Positions 43,202 to 51,973 of a DNA stretch of 64,000 nt are shown here, piece by piece; the first letter of the stretch is position 1; every line of letters begins with the position of its first letter. The stretch is from assembly GCA_963666565.1 (NCBI GenBank), contig OY762911.1, positions 224,001 to 288,000 on the forward strand, in the 5' to 3' direction. The stretch comes from Thermoanaerobaculia bacterium (GTDB lineage Bacteria > Acidobacteriota > Thermoanaerobaculia > Multivoradales > Multivoraceae). The notes under the pieces are model-generated. The model saw nothing but the letters and a program-made list of their open reading frames with translations. It had not been told where the DNA came from and did no database searches. The position numbers were made by a program, and so were the translations under genes.

Positions 43202-44497
43202 CTAGAAGTACGCCGTCAGCGACGTCCAGGCCACCAGCGGCACCGCTCCGTACTCGCTGCCGAGGACGCCGTCCCGCACGCCGCGACCCGTCGATCCGAT
43301 GAGGCCCGCGCCGACCGACACGCGGTCGGACACGGACCAGGAGATGCCGGGCTGGAGGAGCGCCGAGGAGTCGTCCGCGTTGTAGAGCACGGCGCCGCTG
43401 ACGGTCAGCAGCGGGTGGGCCTGCCACGCCAGGGAAAGCCCGGCGTAGCGACGGCCGAGCGACGCGACCTCGCCGCGCCGCACGCGGTCCGCCTCGGCGA
43501 GCCGCGCGTAGTCCGCCGGGTCGACGACGCCGAAGCCGTTCCAGCTCGCCTCGGCGATCAGGGTCAACCGCGGCGTCAGCAGGCGGTCGACGCCCGCGGT
43601 GACGCGCCAGAAGTCGCCGCAGCCGCGCGGCAGGCGCGCGCTCTCCCCACTGCAACCCGGACTGGTCCAGGCGACTTCGCCGCGCAGGCCGGCGCCGCGG
43701 ACATCGGCCGAGAAGAAGCCGCCGAGGACGAAGTCGCGGTGGAAGCCGCCCACCATGTAGCCGAAGTCGACGCTCGAGGGGCCCTCGCCCAGCTCGCTGT
43801 GGAAACGGCCGAGCGAGGCAAGGCTGAGGTCGTCGGGCGTGCGGGCGCCCTGGCCGGCGGCGATGACCTCGACCTCGGAGAAGTCGCCCGCCGGAACGGT
43901 GAAGCGGAGCGCGTCGACTCCGGGCTTGTAGTCGCGGTCGATCCGCTGCGGCGCGAACGGCGCGAACAGGTCGAGGACCGGCCAGAAGTAGTTCACCCCC
44001 CAGGTGATCGCCTGGCGGCCCGCGACCATCCGGAACCCGGGCCGGTCCCAGCGCAGGTTCAGGCGGTCGATCTCCGTCGTTCCGGCCAGATCGCCGCCGC
44101 CGAAGGAGTCCCGCCCCAGGTCGAGGAAACGCCGGGTTCCGCCGGTCGCGATGGAAGTCACCGCGCCGCTTCCGGGCGGCGACGTGGCCTGAGCCAGACC
44201 GTGTAACTCGAAGCGAAAGCGATCCCCGGATGGAGCCCGCCAGAGCGATTCCAGCTTGAGGCGCAGAATCCCGAGTTCGACGCCGCCGGTCGCGGCCTGC
44301 GCGGCGCCGTTCTCTTCGGCCGGCTCTCCGCCGCCTTCCAGGTCCGTCTCCTCCAGCACCCGGAAGGCGAAGACGCGCACGTCGCCGCCGATCGTCGTCT
44401 GCGCCGCGGCCTGCGGCACGGCGCCGAGAAGCAGCAACCCACCGGCGGCGGCGAGCCGCAACAGGTCAGCGCCGCTCGTCGCTTGCCACGCTGCCAT
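43202..44497 (-). CDS. Hypothetical outer-membrane beta-barrel protein (start uncertain)
   Basis: Signal peptide, IDRLNLRW, GRQAITWG, DRDYKPGVDALR, terminal YF; last gene of ABC module. Confidence 0.75.
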   Translation of the reverse strand: MAAWQATSGADLLRLAAAGGLLLLGAVPQAAAQTTIGGDVRVFAFRVLEETDLEGGGEPAEENGAAQAATGGVELGILRLKLESLWRAPSGDRFRFELHGLAQATSPPGSGAVTSIATGGTRRFLDLGRDSFGGGDLAGTTEIDRLNLRWDRPGFRMVAGRQAITWGVNYFWPVLDLFAPFAPQRIDRDYKPGVDALRFTVPAGDFSEVEVIAAGQGARTPDDLSLASLGRFHSELGEGPSSVDFGYMVGGFHRDFVLGGFFSADVRGAGLRGEVAWTSPGCSGESARLPRGCGDFWRVTAGVDRLLTPRLTLIAEASWNGFGVVDPADYARLAEADRVRRGEVASLGRRYAGLSLAWQAHPLLTVSGAVLYNADDSSALLQPGISWSVSDRVSVGAGLIGSTGRGVRDGVLGSEYGAVPLVAWTSLTAYF

Positions 44498-45158
44498 CGA
44501 CCAGGCGCACGACGCGGCGCGCCCGCTCCATGACCTGCGGATCGTGGGTCGAGAACACGAAGGTCACGCCCTGCTCCCGGTTCAGTTCCTCCATCAGGTC
44601 GAGCAGCGTCTCCGCGGTCTCCGAGTCGACATTGGCGGTCGGCTCGTCGGCGAGCACTACGGCCGGGTTGCTGGCGATGGCGCGGGCGATCGCGACCCGC
44701 TGCTGCTGCCCGCCCGAGAGCTCCGAGGGCCGCCGGTCCTCCATCCCCTTGAGCCCGACCTGCTCGAGCAGGCCCATCACCCGGTCGCGCCGGGTCGGTC
44801 CGTCGACGCCCTGGACCCAAAGCACCATCTCGGCGTTCTCGTAGGCGGTCAGGACCGGCATCAGGTTGTAGGCCTGGAACACGAAGCCGATCCGGTCGCG
44901 GCGGAGTTCGCTCAGTTCCTTCTTGTTCAGGCTCGCCAGTTCGCGTCCCTCCAGCACGATCGAGCCCGAGGTCATCGCGTCGAGCGCGCCGACCAAGTTG
45001 AGCATCGTCGTCTTGCCGGAGCCCGAGGGCCCGCAGACGGCCGTGAACTCGCCCTCTCCGATGTCCAGCGTGAGGCCCCGGAGGGCGTGCACGTCGACGC
45101 TGCCCTGCCGGTAGACCTTCGTCACGTCGTTGAGCGAGATGATCGCGTCGCCTGCCAC
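44466..45158 (-). CDS. ABC transporter ATP-binding protein, LolD/MacB-like
   Basis: GPSGSGKT, IGFVFQAYNL, LSGGQQQRVAIARA, LADEPT, STHD. Confidence 0.95.
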   Translation of the reverse strand: MAGDAIISLNDVTKVYRQGSVDVHALRGLTLDIGEGEFTAVCGPSGSGKTTMLNLVGALDAMTSGSIVLEGRELASLNKKELSELRRDRIGFVFQAYNLMPVLTAYENAEMVLWVQGVDGPTRRDRVMGLLEQVGLKGMEDRRPSELSGGQQQRVAIARAIASNPAVVLADEPTANVDSETAETLLDLMEELNREQGVTFVFSTHDPQVMERARRVVRLVDGSVASDERR

Positions 45159-45159
45159 T

Positions 45160-46407
45160 TCAAACCACCTTGATCGTCTCGACCGGCTGCACCCGGCCCG
45201 CGCGCCAGGCCGGGTAGAGGCCGGAGGCGACGGTCGCCAGCACCGCGAACAGCCCGATCAGCACCGCGTTGCGCGGGAAGATGCCGACCTTCAGCACCGG
45301 ATCCAGGCCGACCCCCGCGATCTCCACCGTGCCGCCGTAGATCGCGGTCAGGTCGAGGCCGGTGGAAGACAGGTAGAGGTACGGCCCCAGAGTGAGCAGG
45401 AAGGCGCCGGCCAGACCGAGCACGGCAAGCCACGCGCTCTCCATCATGATCATCCGGAACAGCCGGCCCGGGCTCCAGCCGATCGCCAGCATGATCCCGA
45501 ACTCCCGGAGCCGCTCCATCACGCTGACGAACATCGTGTTGAAGATGCCCGCCGCGACCAGGATCGCAATCAGGATCTCCATGACCACCGCCCCGCCGAC
45601 CTTGAGCGCGATGAACGCCGCCAGTTGCGGCTGACTCGTGTTCCAGGGAACGGCGGCCGCCCTCTCGCCGAGCTCGCGGTCGAGACGGCTGGCGACGCCG
45701 GCGCTTCTGCGCTGATCCTCCAGGAACACGGCGACCAGGGTCGCTTCGTCCTCGCCGTAGCCGAGCAGGTCGCGCACCGTGTCGATCGGCAGCAGGCAGA
45801 AGCCGCCGTCGACCGTCGGCGCGTTGGTGCGGAGAGTGCCCCGCAACCTCGCCAGGCCGCTCACGATCTCTCCGTCCTTGTCGGTCAGCGTGTAGACCAC
45901 CTTGTCGCCCAGCTCCATCCCCAGGTTGCTGGCGAGGCGGTGGCCCAGGATCACGCCGTCCCGGTCGCCCGGCTCGAGGGCCGAGCCCTCGTCGACCGCC
46001 TCGAGGATCGAGAGCGTCGTCTCGTCCTCGGCCTGGGGATCGAAGGCGATGAAGGCGGCGCTGAAGGTCTCGCCCGCCGTCGCCAGCATGGTCGGACCGA
46101 TCACCCGGTCGACGGCGTGCTGGATCCTGCGCGCCTCCGCCTCGAGCGCGGCCTCGAGCGCCTCGCCGCGAACCACCGTGCGGGTCAGCGTCGGCTTGTC
46201 GAGGTACTCCGGATGCTGGAGGCTGACGTGACCGCCCCCGAGCCGGGCGGCGAGGTCGATCATGTCTTTCCAGTTCCGGTCCTGCATCGCGGTGAACACG
46301 ACGGCGAGGAACACGCCGAAGACGATCGAGCCCAGAGTCAGCAGGGTGCGCCGGCGGTTGCGCCACAGGTTGCGCCAGGCCAGGGTCGCCACGTTGGGTC
46401 CGCTCAT
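45160..46407 (-). CDS. ABC transporter permease, LolC/E-FtsX-like
   Basis: LAWRNLWRNRRRTLLT, SVMERLREFGIMLAIG, YPAWRA. Confidence 0.92.
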   Translation of the reverse strand: MSGPNVATLAWRNLWRNRRRTLLTLGSIVFGVFLAVVFTAMQDRNWKDMIDLAARLGGGHVSLQHPEYLDKPTLTRTVVRGEALEAALEAEARRIQHAVDRVIGPTMLATAGETFSAAFIAFDPQAEDETTLSILEAVDEGSALEPGDRDGVILGHRLASNLGMELGDKVVYTLTDKDGEIVSGLARLRGTLRTNAPTVDGGFCLLPIDTVRDLLGYGEDEATLVAVFLEDQRRSAGVASRLDRELGERAAAVPWNTSQPQLAAFIALKVGGAVVMEILIAILVAAGIFNTMFVSVMERLREFGIMLAIGWSPGRLFRMIMMESAWLAVLGLAGAFLLTLGPYLYLSSTGLDLTAIYGGTVEIAGVGLDPVLKVGIFPRNAVLIGLFAVLATVASGLYPAWRAGRVQPVETIKVV

Positions 46408-46431
46408 GCTCGTCTTCCTTTCCTCGTCCCG

Positions 46432-47658
46432 CTACTGGTGGTGGATGGCCTCGATCGGATTGATCCGGGCCGCCTTGATCGCCGGAAACAGCACCGCCAC
46501 CCCCGCGACGAACAGCAGAATGAAGACGGGCCCGGCGATCGTCAGGGGCGAGACCGCGCCGGTCCATATCTGATCCATCGCCACGCCCATGATCGCCGTT
46601 CCGCCCAGGCCGCCGACGTCGATCCCGCGCGTCGTGACGAACCAGAGCGCGGGCAGGCTGGCGGCGAGACCGATGCCGATCGCCAGCGCCGACTGCAAGG
46701 CGCCCTCCACCAGGATCAGCGCGAGCACCCGCCGCGGCGAGACGCCGATGGCCTTCAGCACGCCGAACTCGCGGATCCGCTCGAAGACGGCCGTCAGCAT
46801 CGCGTTCAGGATGAGGATCGCGATCACGACGTAGACGACGAAGGCGACAACCTGGACGGCGGCTTGCGCGGAGTCGAGGACGTTCGCCAGGCCCGGCAGA
46901 AGGTCGCGCCAGCTCCTGACCTCGACCCCGGGCGCGCTCGTCGCCGCGGCCCGCTCCACGACGCCGGCGGCCGTGGCGAGGTCCTGCCCTTCGGAACTGC
47001 GGACGATGACCCGGTGGGCGCCGTCCTCCAGCGCGAAGAAGCCGCGGAACTCGTCCTCGAGCAGGAACACGGTGGCGCGGTCGGTTTCCTCGCTCAGGCT
47101 CTGGAGGATGCCGCGCACCCGGAAGAGGTCGTTCGCCATGCTGCCGTCGGTCGCCTGGCTGAGTGCCACGAGTTCGTCGCCGACCTCGACCGCCAGCGTC
47201 CGGGCCAGCCGGTAGCCGAGCACCACGCCCTTGGGATCGGATTCTCCGAGCCACTCACCCCGATCGAGCCGCTGGTGGACGTCGCTGACCAGGGCGTCTC
47301 GCTCCGGCCGCAGGCCCTTGAGCAGGGCACCGGTCGAGGCGTCGCCCGAAGCGACCAGGGCGCCGCCGAGCAGGCGCGCACTCGAGCGCAGTCCGGTCTC
47401 GTCCAGCGCCGCAAGCAGCGCGTCCGGGTCCTCGATCCGTTCCCAGATGGACGGCCGCTCCCGGTAGCCGTCGGCGTGGACCTGGATCTCGCCCAGCTCC
47501 ACATCGAGGAGGGTGGTCTCCATGCTGCCCAGCATCCCCTCCATCAGCGAGGTGTAGAGCACCATGCTCCAGAGGGCCAGGGTCATGGCGGCGACCGTGA
47601 CCAGCGTGCGGCGGCCGTTCCGCCACAGGTTGCGCCACGCCATGCGGAGGATCTTCAT
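46432..47658 (-). CDS. ABC transporter permease, LolC/E-FtsX-like
   Basis: MAWRNLWRNGRRTLVT, AVFERIREFGVLKAIG, FPAIKAARINP. Confidence 0.92.
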   Translation of the reverse strand: MKILRMAWRNLWRNGRRTLVTVAAMTLALWSMVLYTSLMEGMLGSMETTLLDVELGEIQVHADGYRERPSIWERIEDPDALLAALDETGLRSSARLLGGALVASGDASTGALLKGLRPERDALVSDVHQRLDRGEWLGESDPKGVVLGYRLARTLAVEVGDELVALSQATDGSMANDLFRVRGILQSLSEETDRATVFLLEDEFRGFFALEDGAHRVIVRSSEGQDLATAAGVVERAAATSAPGVEVRSWRDLLPGLANVLDSAQAAVQVVAFVVYVVIAILILNAMLTAVFERIREFGVLKAIGVSPRRVLALILVEGALQSALAIGIGLAASLPALWFVTTRGIDVGGLGGTAIMGVAMDQIWTGAVSPLTIAGPVFILLFVAGVAVLFPAIKAARINPIEAIHHQ

Positions 47659-47718
47659 GCAGCGCCCGAAATCACTCGCAGTCCTGTCGATCGAGGCGGC
47701 TCGACTCCATCTTCATCC

Positions 47719-47752
47719 GGCTGGACCCCTGGCTGAACCTCGGCTGAACCTC
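47719..47752 (-). promoter_or_regulatory. Tandem 11-bp direct repeats resembling an OmpR/PhoB-type binding site
   Basis: GAGGTTCAGCC x2 exact plus AGGGGTCCAGCC on minus strand, upstream of the first permease. Confidence 0.55.
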
Positions 47753-47761
47753 AAGAGTGCC

Positions 47762-48523
47762 CTACTGCCGCAAGGACTGCAGCGAGAAGGTTGCCGGCGG
47801 CAGATCGACGTCGAAGCTGTGGTCCTCGTAGACGATCTCGGTGAACTCGTCGGCTTCGTCGGCCGGGATCACCCGCATCCGGCGCGGCAGCGTCCGGCCG
47901 CCGAGCGGGCCGAAGTCCTCGTAGCTGATCGTGCGCACCAGCCGTTCGCGCTCGTCGAAGTACTCGGCCCGGTCGAGCAGCATGTCCCGCGCCCGGAACC
48001 GGGCGTCGATCGCGCCCCACACGACCGGAGCGTCCGGCAGCGGGATGCAGCGCACGAGCCAGTGGCCCGAGGCGTCCGCCGGCCGTTTCCGGTAGGCGCA
48101 CTCGAAGTCCTCGCTGTAGCGGGACTCGTGAACCAGGTCGTCGTTCGTGAAGTGGCTGCCCATCCACGCCGCCTGCATCATCGACCCCGGCACCTTGATC
48201 GTCCGGTCGACCTTGGGCAGGTAGTTCCAGATGTTCTGCTCGACCTTGAGCGTCGCCGTGCCGCGCTCCTTCGCGGGCGCTTCGATCCGCACCAGCGCCT
48301 TCTCGCTGCCCTCGGAGACGACGTGGAGCCGCAGCTCCCGCTGCCAGCGCTCCGTCTTGATCCGCATCGTGATCCGGCTCTCGCTGGAGTCGCCCCGCAT
48401 CGCGTCGTCGGTGGCGCGCATCAGCACCTCGAGCGGTGGGTCGGCAGGCTGAGCCGTCGCGGCGGCGGAGAAGAAAGCGGCAAACGCCAGTGGGGCGACC
48501 GCGGCGGAGAAGAGCCTGTTCAC
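47762..48523 (-). CDS. Outer-membrane lipoprotein-sorting (LolA-like) protein
   Basis: Signal peptide; APAKERGTATLK, IWNYLPKVDRTIK, WMGSHFTNDDL. Confidence 0.85.
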   Translation of the reverse strand: MNRLFSAAVAPLAFAAFFSAAATAQPADPPLEVLMRATDDAMRGDSSESRITMRIKTERWQRELRLHVVSEGSEKALVRIEAPAKERGTATLKVEQNIWNYLPKVDRTIKVPGSMMQAAWMGSHFTNDDLVHESRYSEDFECAYRKRPADASGHWLVRCIPLPDAPVVWGAIDARFRARDMLLDRAEYFDERERLVRTISYEDFGPLGGRTLPRRMRVIPADEADEFTEIVYEDHSFDVDLPPATFSLQSLRQ

Positions 48524-48550
48524 GCTAGCCGGGACTATAGCAACGGCCCC

Positions 48551-48620
48551 GCCAGCCTGGCGGCCGGCGCGTCTTCCAGGCCGGCTACGCCGGCAGCGGG
48601 TCAGAAGACCCGCGCACCCG
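48551..48620 (-). repeat. Full three-hairpin REP/MITE-like element
   Basis: CGGGTGC GCGGGTC-TTCT-GACCCGC T GCCGGC-GTA-GCCGGC linker GCCGGCC-GCCA-GGCTGGC. Confidence 0.85.
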
Positions 48621-48651
48621 GCAAACGGCCTCGACGCTGCTTCTACAGCGC

Positions 48652-50973
48652 CTACTCGATGTAGCCAAGCGCCTCGAGCCGGCGGCGGGTGTCCTCGTCC
48701 AGTTCGACTTCCACCGCCTCCACGCTGGAGCCGGCGGCCAGGTCCAACTGCTCGCGCAGGCGCCGGGCCATGACGCCCGCCAGCAGCGGACGTTCCGCCG
48801 CCAGGTCGTGCAGCTCCTCCGGATCCGCCACCCGGTCGAAGAGTTGCCGGCTCGGCCCGTGCCCGGCCCGGCGCAGTTCGATCAGCTTGTAGCGGCCGCG
48901 GACGAGCGACGCGGCGGGCCGCCGGAACGTGTCCATCGTCGAGAGCAGCGGACGGTCGGCGAAGCCGTCCGCCGCGGCCGCCGCCCGGGACCCGGGGTCG
49001 AGCAGCGGCAGCAGGCTGTCGCCGTCGATCCCGCGGGCCGGTTGACCGCCCGCGAGCTCGATCAGCGTCGGCAGCAGGTCGGCCTGCTGCACCGGCGCCG
49101 GCACCCGGCTGCCCTCCGTCTGGCCCGGCCGGTGGATGAAGAAGGGAATGTCGAGCACCTCCCGGTGCAGGTCCCAGGCGTGGCCGAAGACGCCCCGCTC
49201 CTCGAACGCCTCGCCGTGGTCCGCCACGACGACGATCGCGGGATTCCGGCCGCGCCGCTCCAGCTCCCGCCGGAACTCGCCGAACACGTGGTCGTTCCAG
49301 GCGATCTCCGCGTCGTAGAGCCGGAACAACTGGTCCACCACCTCCGGCGTCGATGGCGCCCGCTTGTCGCTCAACGCCCTCATGTGCGCCACCGTGCCGA
49401 GTTCCCGATCCTCGACGCCCGCGGCGAAACGCTCGCGGAACGGCTCGGCGGGATCGAACGCGGCGTGCGGCTCGACGCTCAGGATCATCAGGAAGAACGG
49501 CCGGTCCGGGGACTCGGCGGCCACCTCGTCGAGCCAGTCGAGCGCCCATTCGGCCAGGGTGTCCACGTCGACGGCGTCGTACCTGAACCGGTCGAACCCC
49601 TGCTCGAAGCCGGTCGCGCCGGTGACGTTCGCGTTGGCCGAGAAGCCGGCCGTGGCGTAGCCGAGTTCCCGCAGCATCTCCGGCAGCGTGGCGAACGAGG
49701 CGTCGAGCCCGTGGTTCAGCTCCCGGATGCCGTGCCGTTCGGGCCCGACGCCGGTGAGCAGCGTCGCCACCGTCGGCCGCGTCCAGGACGACTGCGCCAC
49801 TGCCCGGTCGAAGACGGTCGAACGCTCCGCCAGGGCGTCGAAGTTCGGCGACACCGGGCGGTCGTGGCCATGGAAGCCGAGCCGGTCGACGCGCAGCGTG
49901 TCGATGATCCAGAGCAGGATGGACTCGGACGGCGGCTGCCCAGGCGCCGCGGCCGGAACGGAGACTCCGGGCCCGTCCGCCGCCGGCGCCGGCGGCCGCA
50001 TCCGGGCGAAGAGCCGCGGCGCGCGCAGGACGATCCCCCCCTCGTCGGCGGCCTCCCGCGCTTGCCCGTCGTCTTCCGGGCGGCGCACCGATGCGCGCAA
50101 CGTCAGCTTTGCAGGCGGAGGATCTGCGCGCCCGGGCGGCAACGGAAGCCGGACGACGGGGTCCGCCGCATCCCTGGCGACGGCCGTGCCGGCGGCGGCG
50201 ACCGCGCCGGCCGGCGCGGCGCCTTCGACCTCCCACACGACCTCCAGACCGCTGCCGCCCCGCGGCGAGAACCCCTGCCACCTGAGTTCGAGATCCCGCT
50301 CGGGTTCCAGGAAGAACGACACCTCGCTGGCCGCCGGAATCCACAGCGTGTCCGCCTCGCCTCTGGCCTGTCCTGGGGTCGGCCCGTCGCCCACTTCGAT
50401 CCGGTCGCACGCGAAGGAGAGCTTCCTCGGATGGCGAGGCGTGCGGCCGGCGCCGGCCGCGGCCACGTCCGGCGGCCGTCCGAAGTAGCTCGGCACGAAC
50501 TCCACGCGATGACTGCCGGCCAAGGCGAGCGACGACGGCACCGTGAAACGGTGCTCGGCGAAGCGCCCGGACAGCTCCAAGTCGGCGACCTCCGTGTCGT
50601 TCCAGAGCACGGCAAGACGCTGCGCCGGCGCCCCCGGATAGCGGTGCGCCCGGCAGGTCATCCGCACTTCCAACTCACGAGCCGAGGCCAGGTAGACCCC
50701 GATCTCCGAGCGCGGACCGACCGCCCAGACGAACGTGTTGCCCGCCGGATCCGCTTCGTTCCAGGACCAACCGCCGACCAGCGCGGGCGCCGCTGCGGGA
50801 GTCCCCAGGTCGATCAGCGGCCGCTCGCGCCTGACCTCGGCGTACCGGAACTCCGAGACGAGATCGACGATCTCGACCTGCGCCGGACCGGGGCCGCAGC
50901 CGGAGATCCCAAGGCCCGCCGCCAGCGGCACAACCGTCCACGCCCGCCTCTGCTTCCAGGATCGTCTGCTCAA
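48652..50973 (-). CDS. Sulfatase-like (alkaline phosphatase superfamily) lipoprotein
   Basis: IIDTLRVD, SSWTRPTVATLLTG, ADHGE, LEALGY; lipobox ISGC; TTG start overlapping citE-like stop inferred. Confidence 0.85.
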   Translation of the reverse strand: MSRRSWKQRRAWTVVPLAAGLGISGCGPGPAQVEIVDLVSEFRYAEVRRERPLIDLGTPAAAPALVGGWSWNEADPAGNTFVWAVGPRSEIGVYLASARELEVRMTCRAHRYPGAPAQRLAVLWNDTEVADLELSGRFAEHRFTVPSSLALAGSHRVEFVPSYFGRPPDVAAAGAGRTPRHPRKLSFACDRIEVGDGPTPGQARGEADTLWIPAASEVSFFLEPERDLELRWQGFSPRGGSGLEVVWEVEGAAPAGAVAAAGTAVARDAADPVVRLPLPPGRADPPPAKLTLRASVRRPEDDGQAREAADEGGIVLRAPRLFARMRPPAPAADGPGVSVPAAAPGQPPSESILLWIIDTLRVDRLGFHGHDRPVSPNFDALAERSTVFDRAVAQSSWTRPTVATLLTGVGPERHGIRELNHGLDASFATLPEMLRELGYATAGFSANANVTGATGFEQGFDRFRYDAVDVDTLAEWALDWLDEVAAESPDRPFFLMILSVEPHAAFDPAEPFRERFAAGVEDRELGTVAHMRALSDKRAPSTPEVVDQLFRLYDAEIAWNDHVFGEFRRELERRGRNPAIVVVADHGEAFEERGVFGHAWDLHREVLDIPFFIHRPGQTEGSRVPAPVQQADLLPTLIELAGGQPARGIDGDSLLPLLDPGSRAAAAADGFADRPLLSTMDTFRRPAASLVRGRYKLIELRRAGHGPSRQLFDRVADPEELHDLAAERPLLAGVMARRLREQLDLAAGSSVEAVEVELDEDTRRRLEALGYIE

Positions 50974-51869
50974 GCTGTCGCGCCGGCCTGACGGGCCCGG
51001 TCCAGCACCCGCTCCGCCCGATGCAGGTGGGGGGCATCGACCATCCGGCCTTCGTGACGGAAGGCCATCCTGCCCCGAGCCTGGTTCTCGGCGAACGCCG
51101 CCACCAGCGCGGCGGCGGAGGCGATTTCCTCCTCGCTCGGCGTGAAGACCTCGTTGACGATCGGGATCTGGTTCGGGTGGATCGTCATCTTGCCCTCGAA
51201 GCCCATCCACGCGGCCCGCTGGCAGTCGAGCCGCAGACCGTCCAGGTCGCCGATCTCGGTGAAGACGCTGTCGATCGGCTGGGCGCCGCCGGCGCGGGCG
51301 GCGAGCAGGGTCATCGACCGGCAGTAGCGGAACACGTCGAGGTACTCGCCGCGCTCGTCCCGGCGGCGGCTGGCGCCGATCGACACGGACAGGTCCTCGG
51401 CGCCCCAGGTCAGCGCCGAGACGCGGTTGGTCGCGGTCAGGTGGGCCAGGTTCAGCGCGCCGCCGGCCGTCTCGGTCGCGATCAGGATCAGCGCGATGCC
51501 GCCGAGGTCGTGGCCGCGGGCCATCTCAAGTTGCGCGACCAGCCGATCGACCCGCAGCACGTCATCGACGCCGCTCACCTTGGGCACGACGTAGGCGTCG
51601 GGCGGGTGCTCCATCGTGACCTCGACGTCCTCCCGGCCCCAGGGCGTCATCAGGTCGTTGATCCGTACAGCCCGCTCCTTGCCGCCGAAGTCCGTCGCCG
51701 CCAGCCAGCCGGCTACTTCGCGCCGGACCTCTTCCTTGCGGTCCGGCGTCACGGCGTCCTCGAGATCGAGGATCAGCGTGTCGGCCTCGAGCCCCAGCGA
51801 CTTGGCCAGCATGCGCTCGTTGCCGCCCGGAACGAAGTGGACGGCGCGCCTGAGGCGGGCACTGCTCAC
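50970..51869 (-). CDS. CoA ester lyase (CitE/malyl-CoA lyase family)
   Basis: RRAVHFVPG, LDLEDAV, AVRIN, WGAEDL, GKMTIHPNQ, GRMVDAP. Confidence 0.93.
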   Translation of the reverse strand: MSSARLRRAVHFVPGGNERMLAKSLGLEADTLILDLEDAVTPDRKEEVRREVAGWLAATDFGGKERAVRINDLMTPWGREDVEVTMEHPPDAYVVPKVSGVDDVLRVDRLVAQLEMARGHDLGGIALILIATETAGGALNLAHLTATNRVSALTWGAEDLSVSIGASRRRDERGEYLDVFRYCRSMTLLAARAGGAQPIDSVFTEIGDLDGLRLDCQRAAWMGFEGKMTIHPNQIPIVNEVFTPSEEEIASAAALVAAFAENQARGRMAFRHEGRMVDAPHLHRAERVLDRARQAGATA

Positions 51870-51904
51870 GCGGCGACTCTAGCGCGGCGGAAAGGCGCGG
51901 GAAG

Positions 51905-51959
51905 CCGGCGCGTTCCTGGCCGCCTGCGGCGGCAGCGGGTCGGAGGACCCGCGCACCCG
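51905..51959 (-). repeat. REP/MITE-like element (hairpins 1 and 2, partial 3)
   Basis: CGGGTGC GCGGGTC-CTCC-GACCCGC T GCCGCC-GCA-GGCGGC. Confidence 0.85.
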
Positions 51960-51973
51960 GCAGGCGCCACCGC

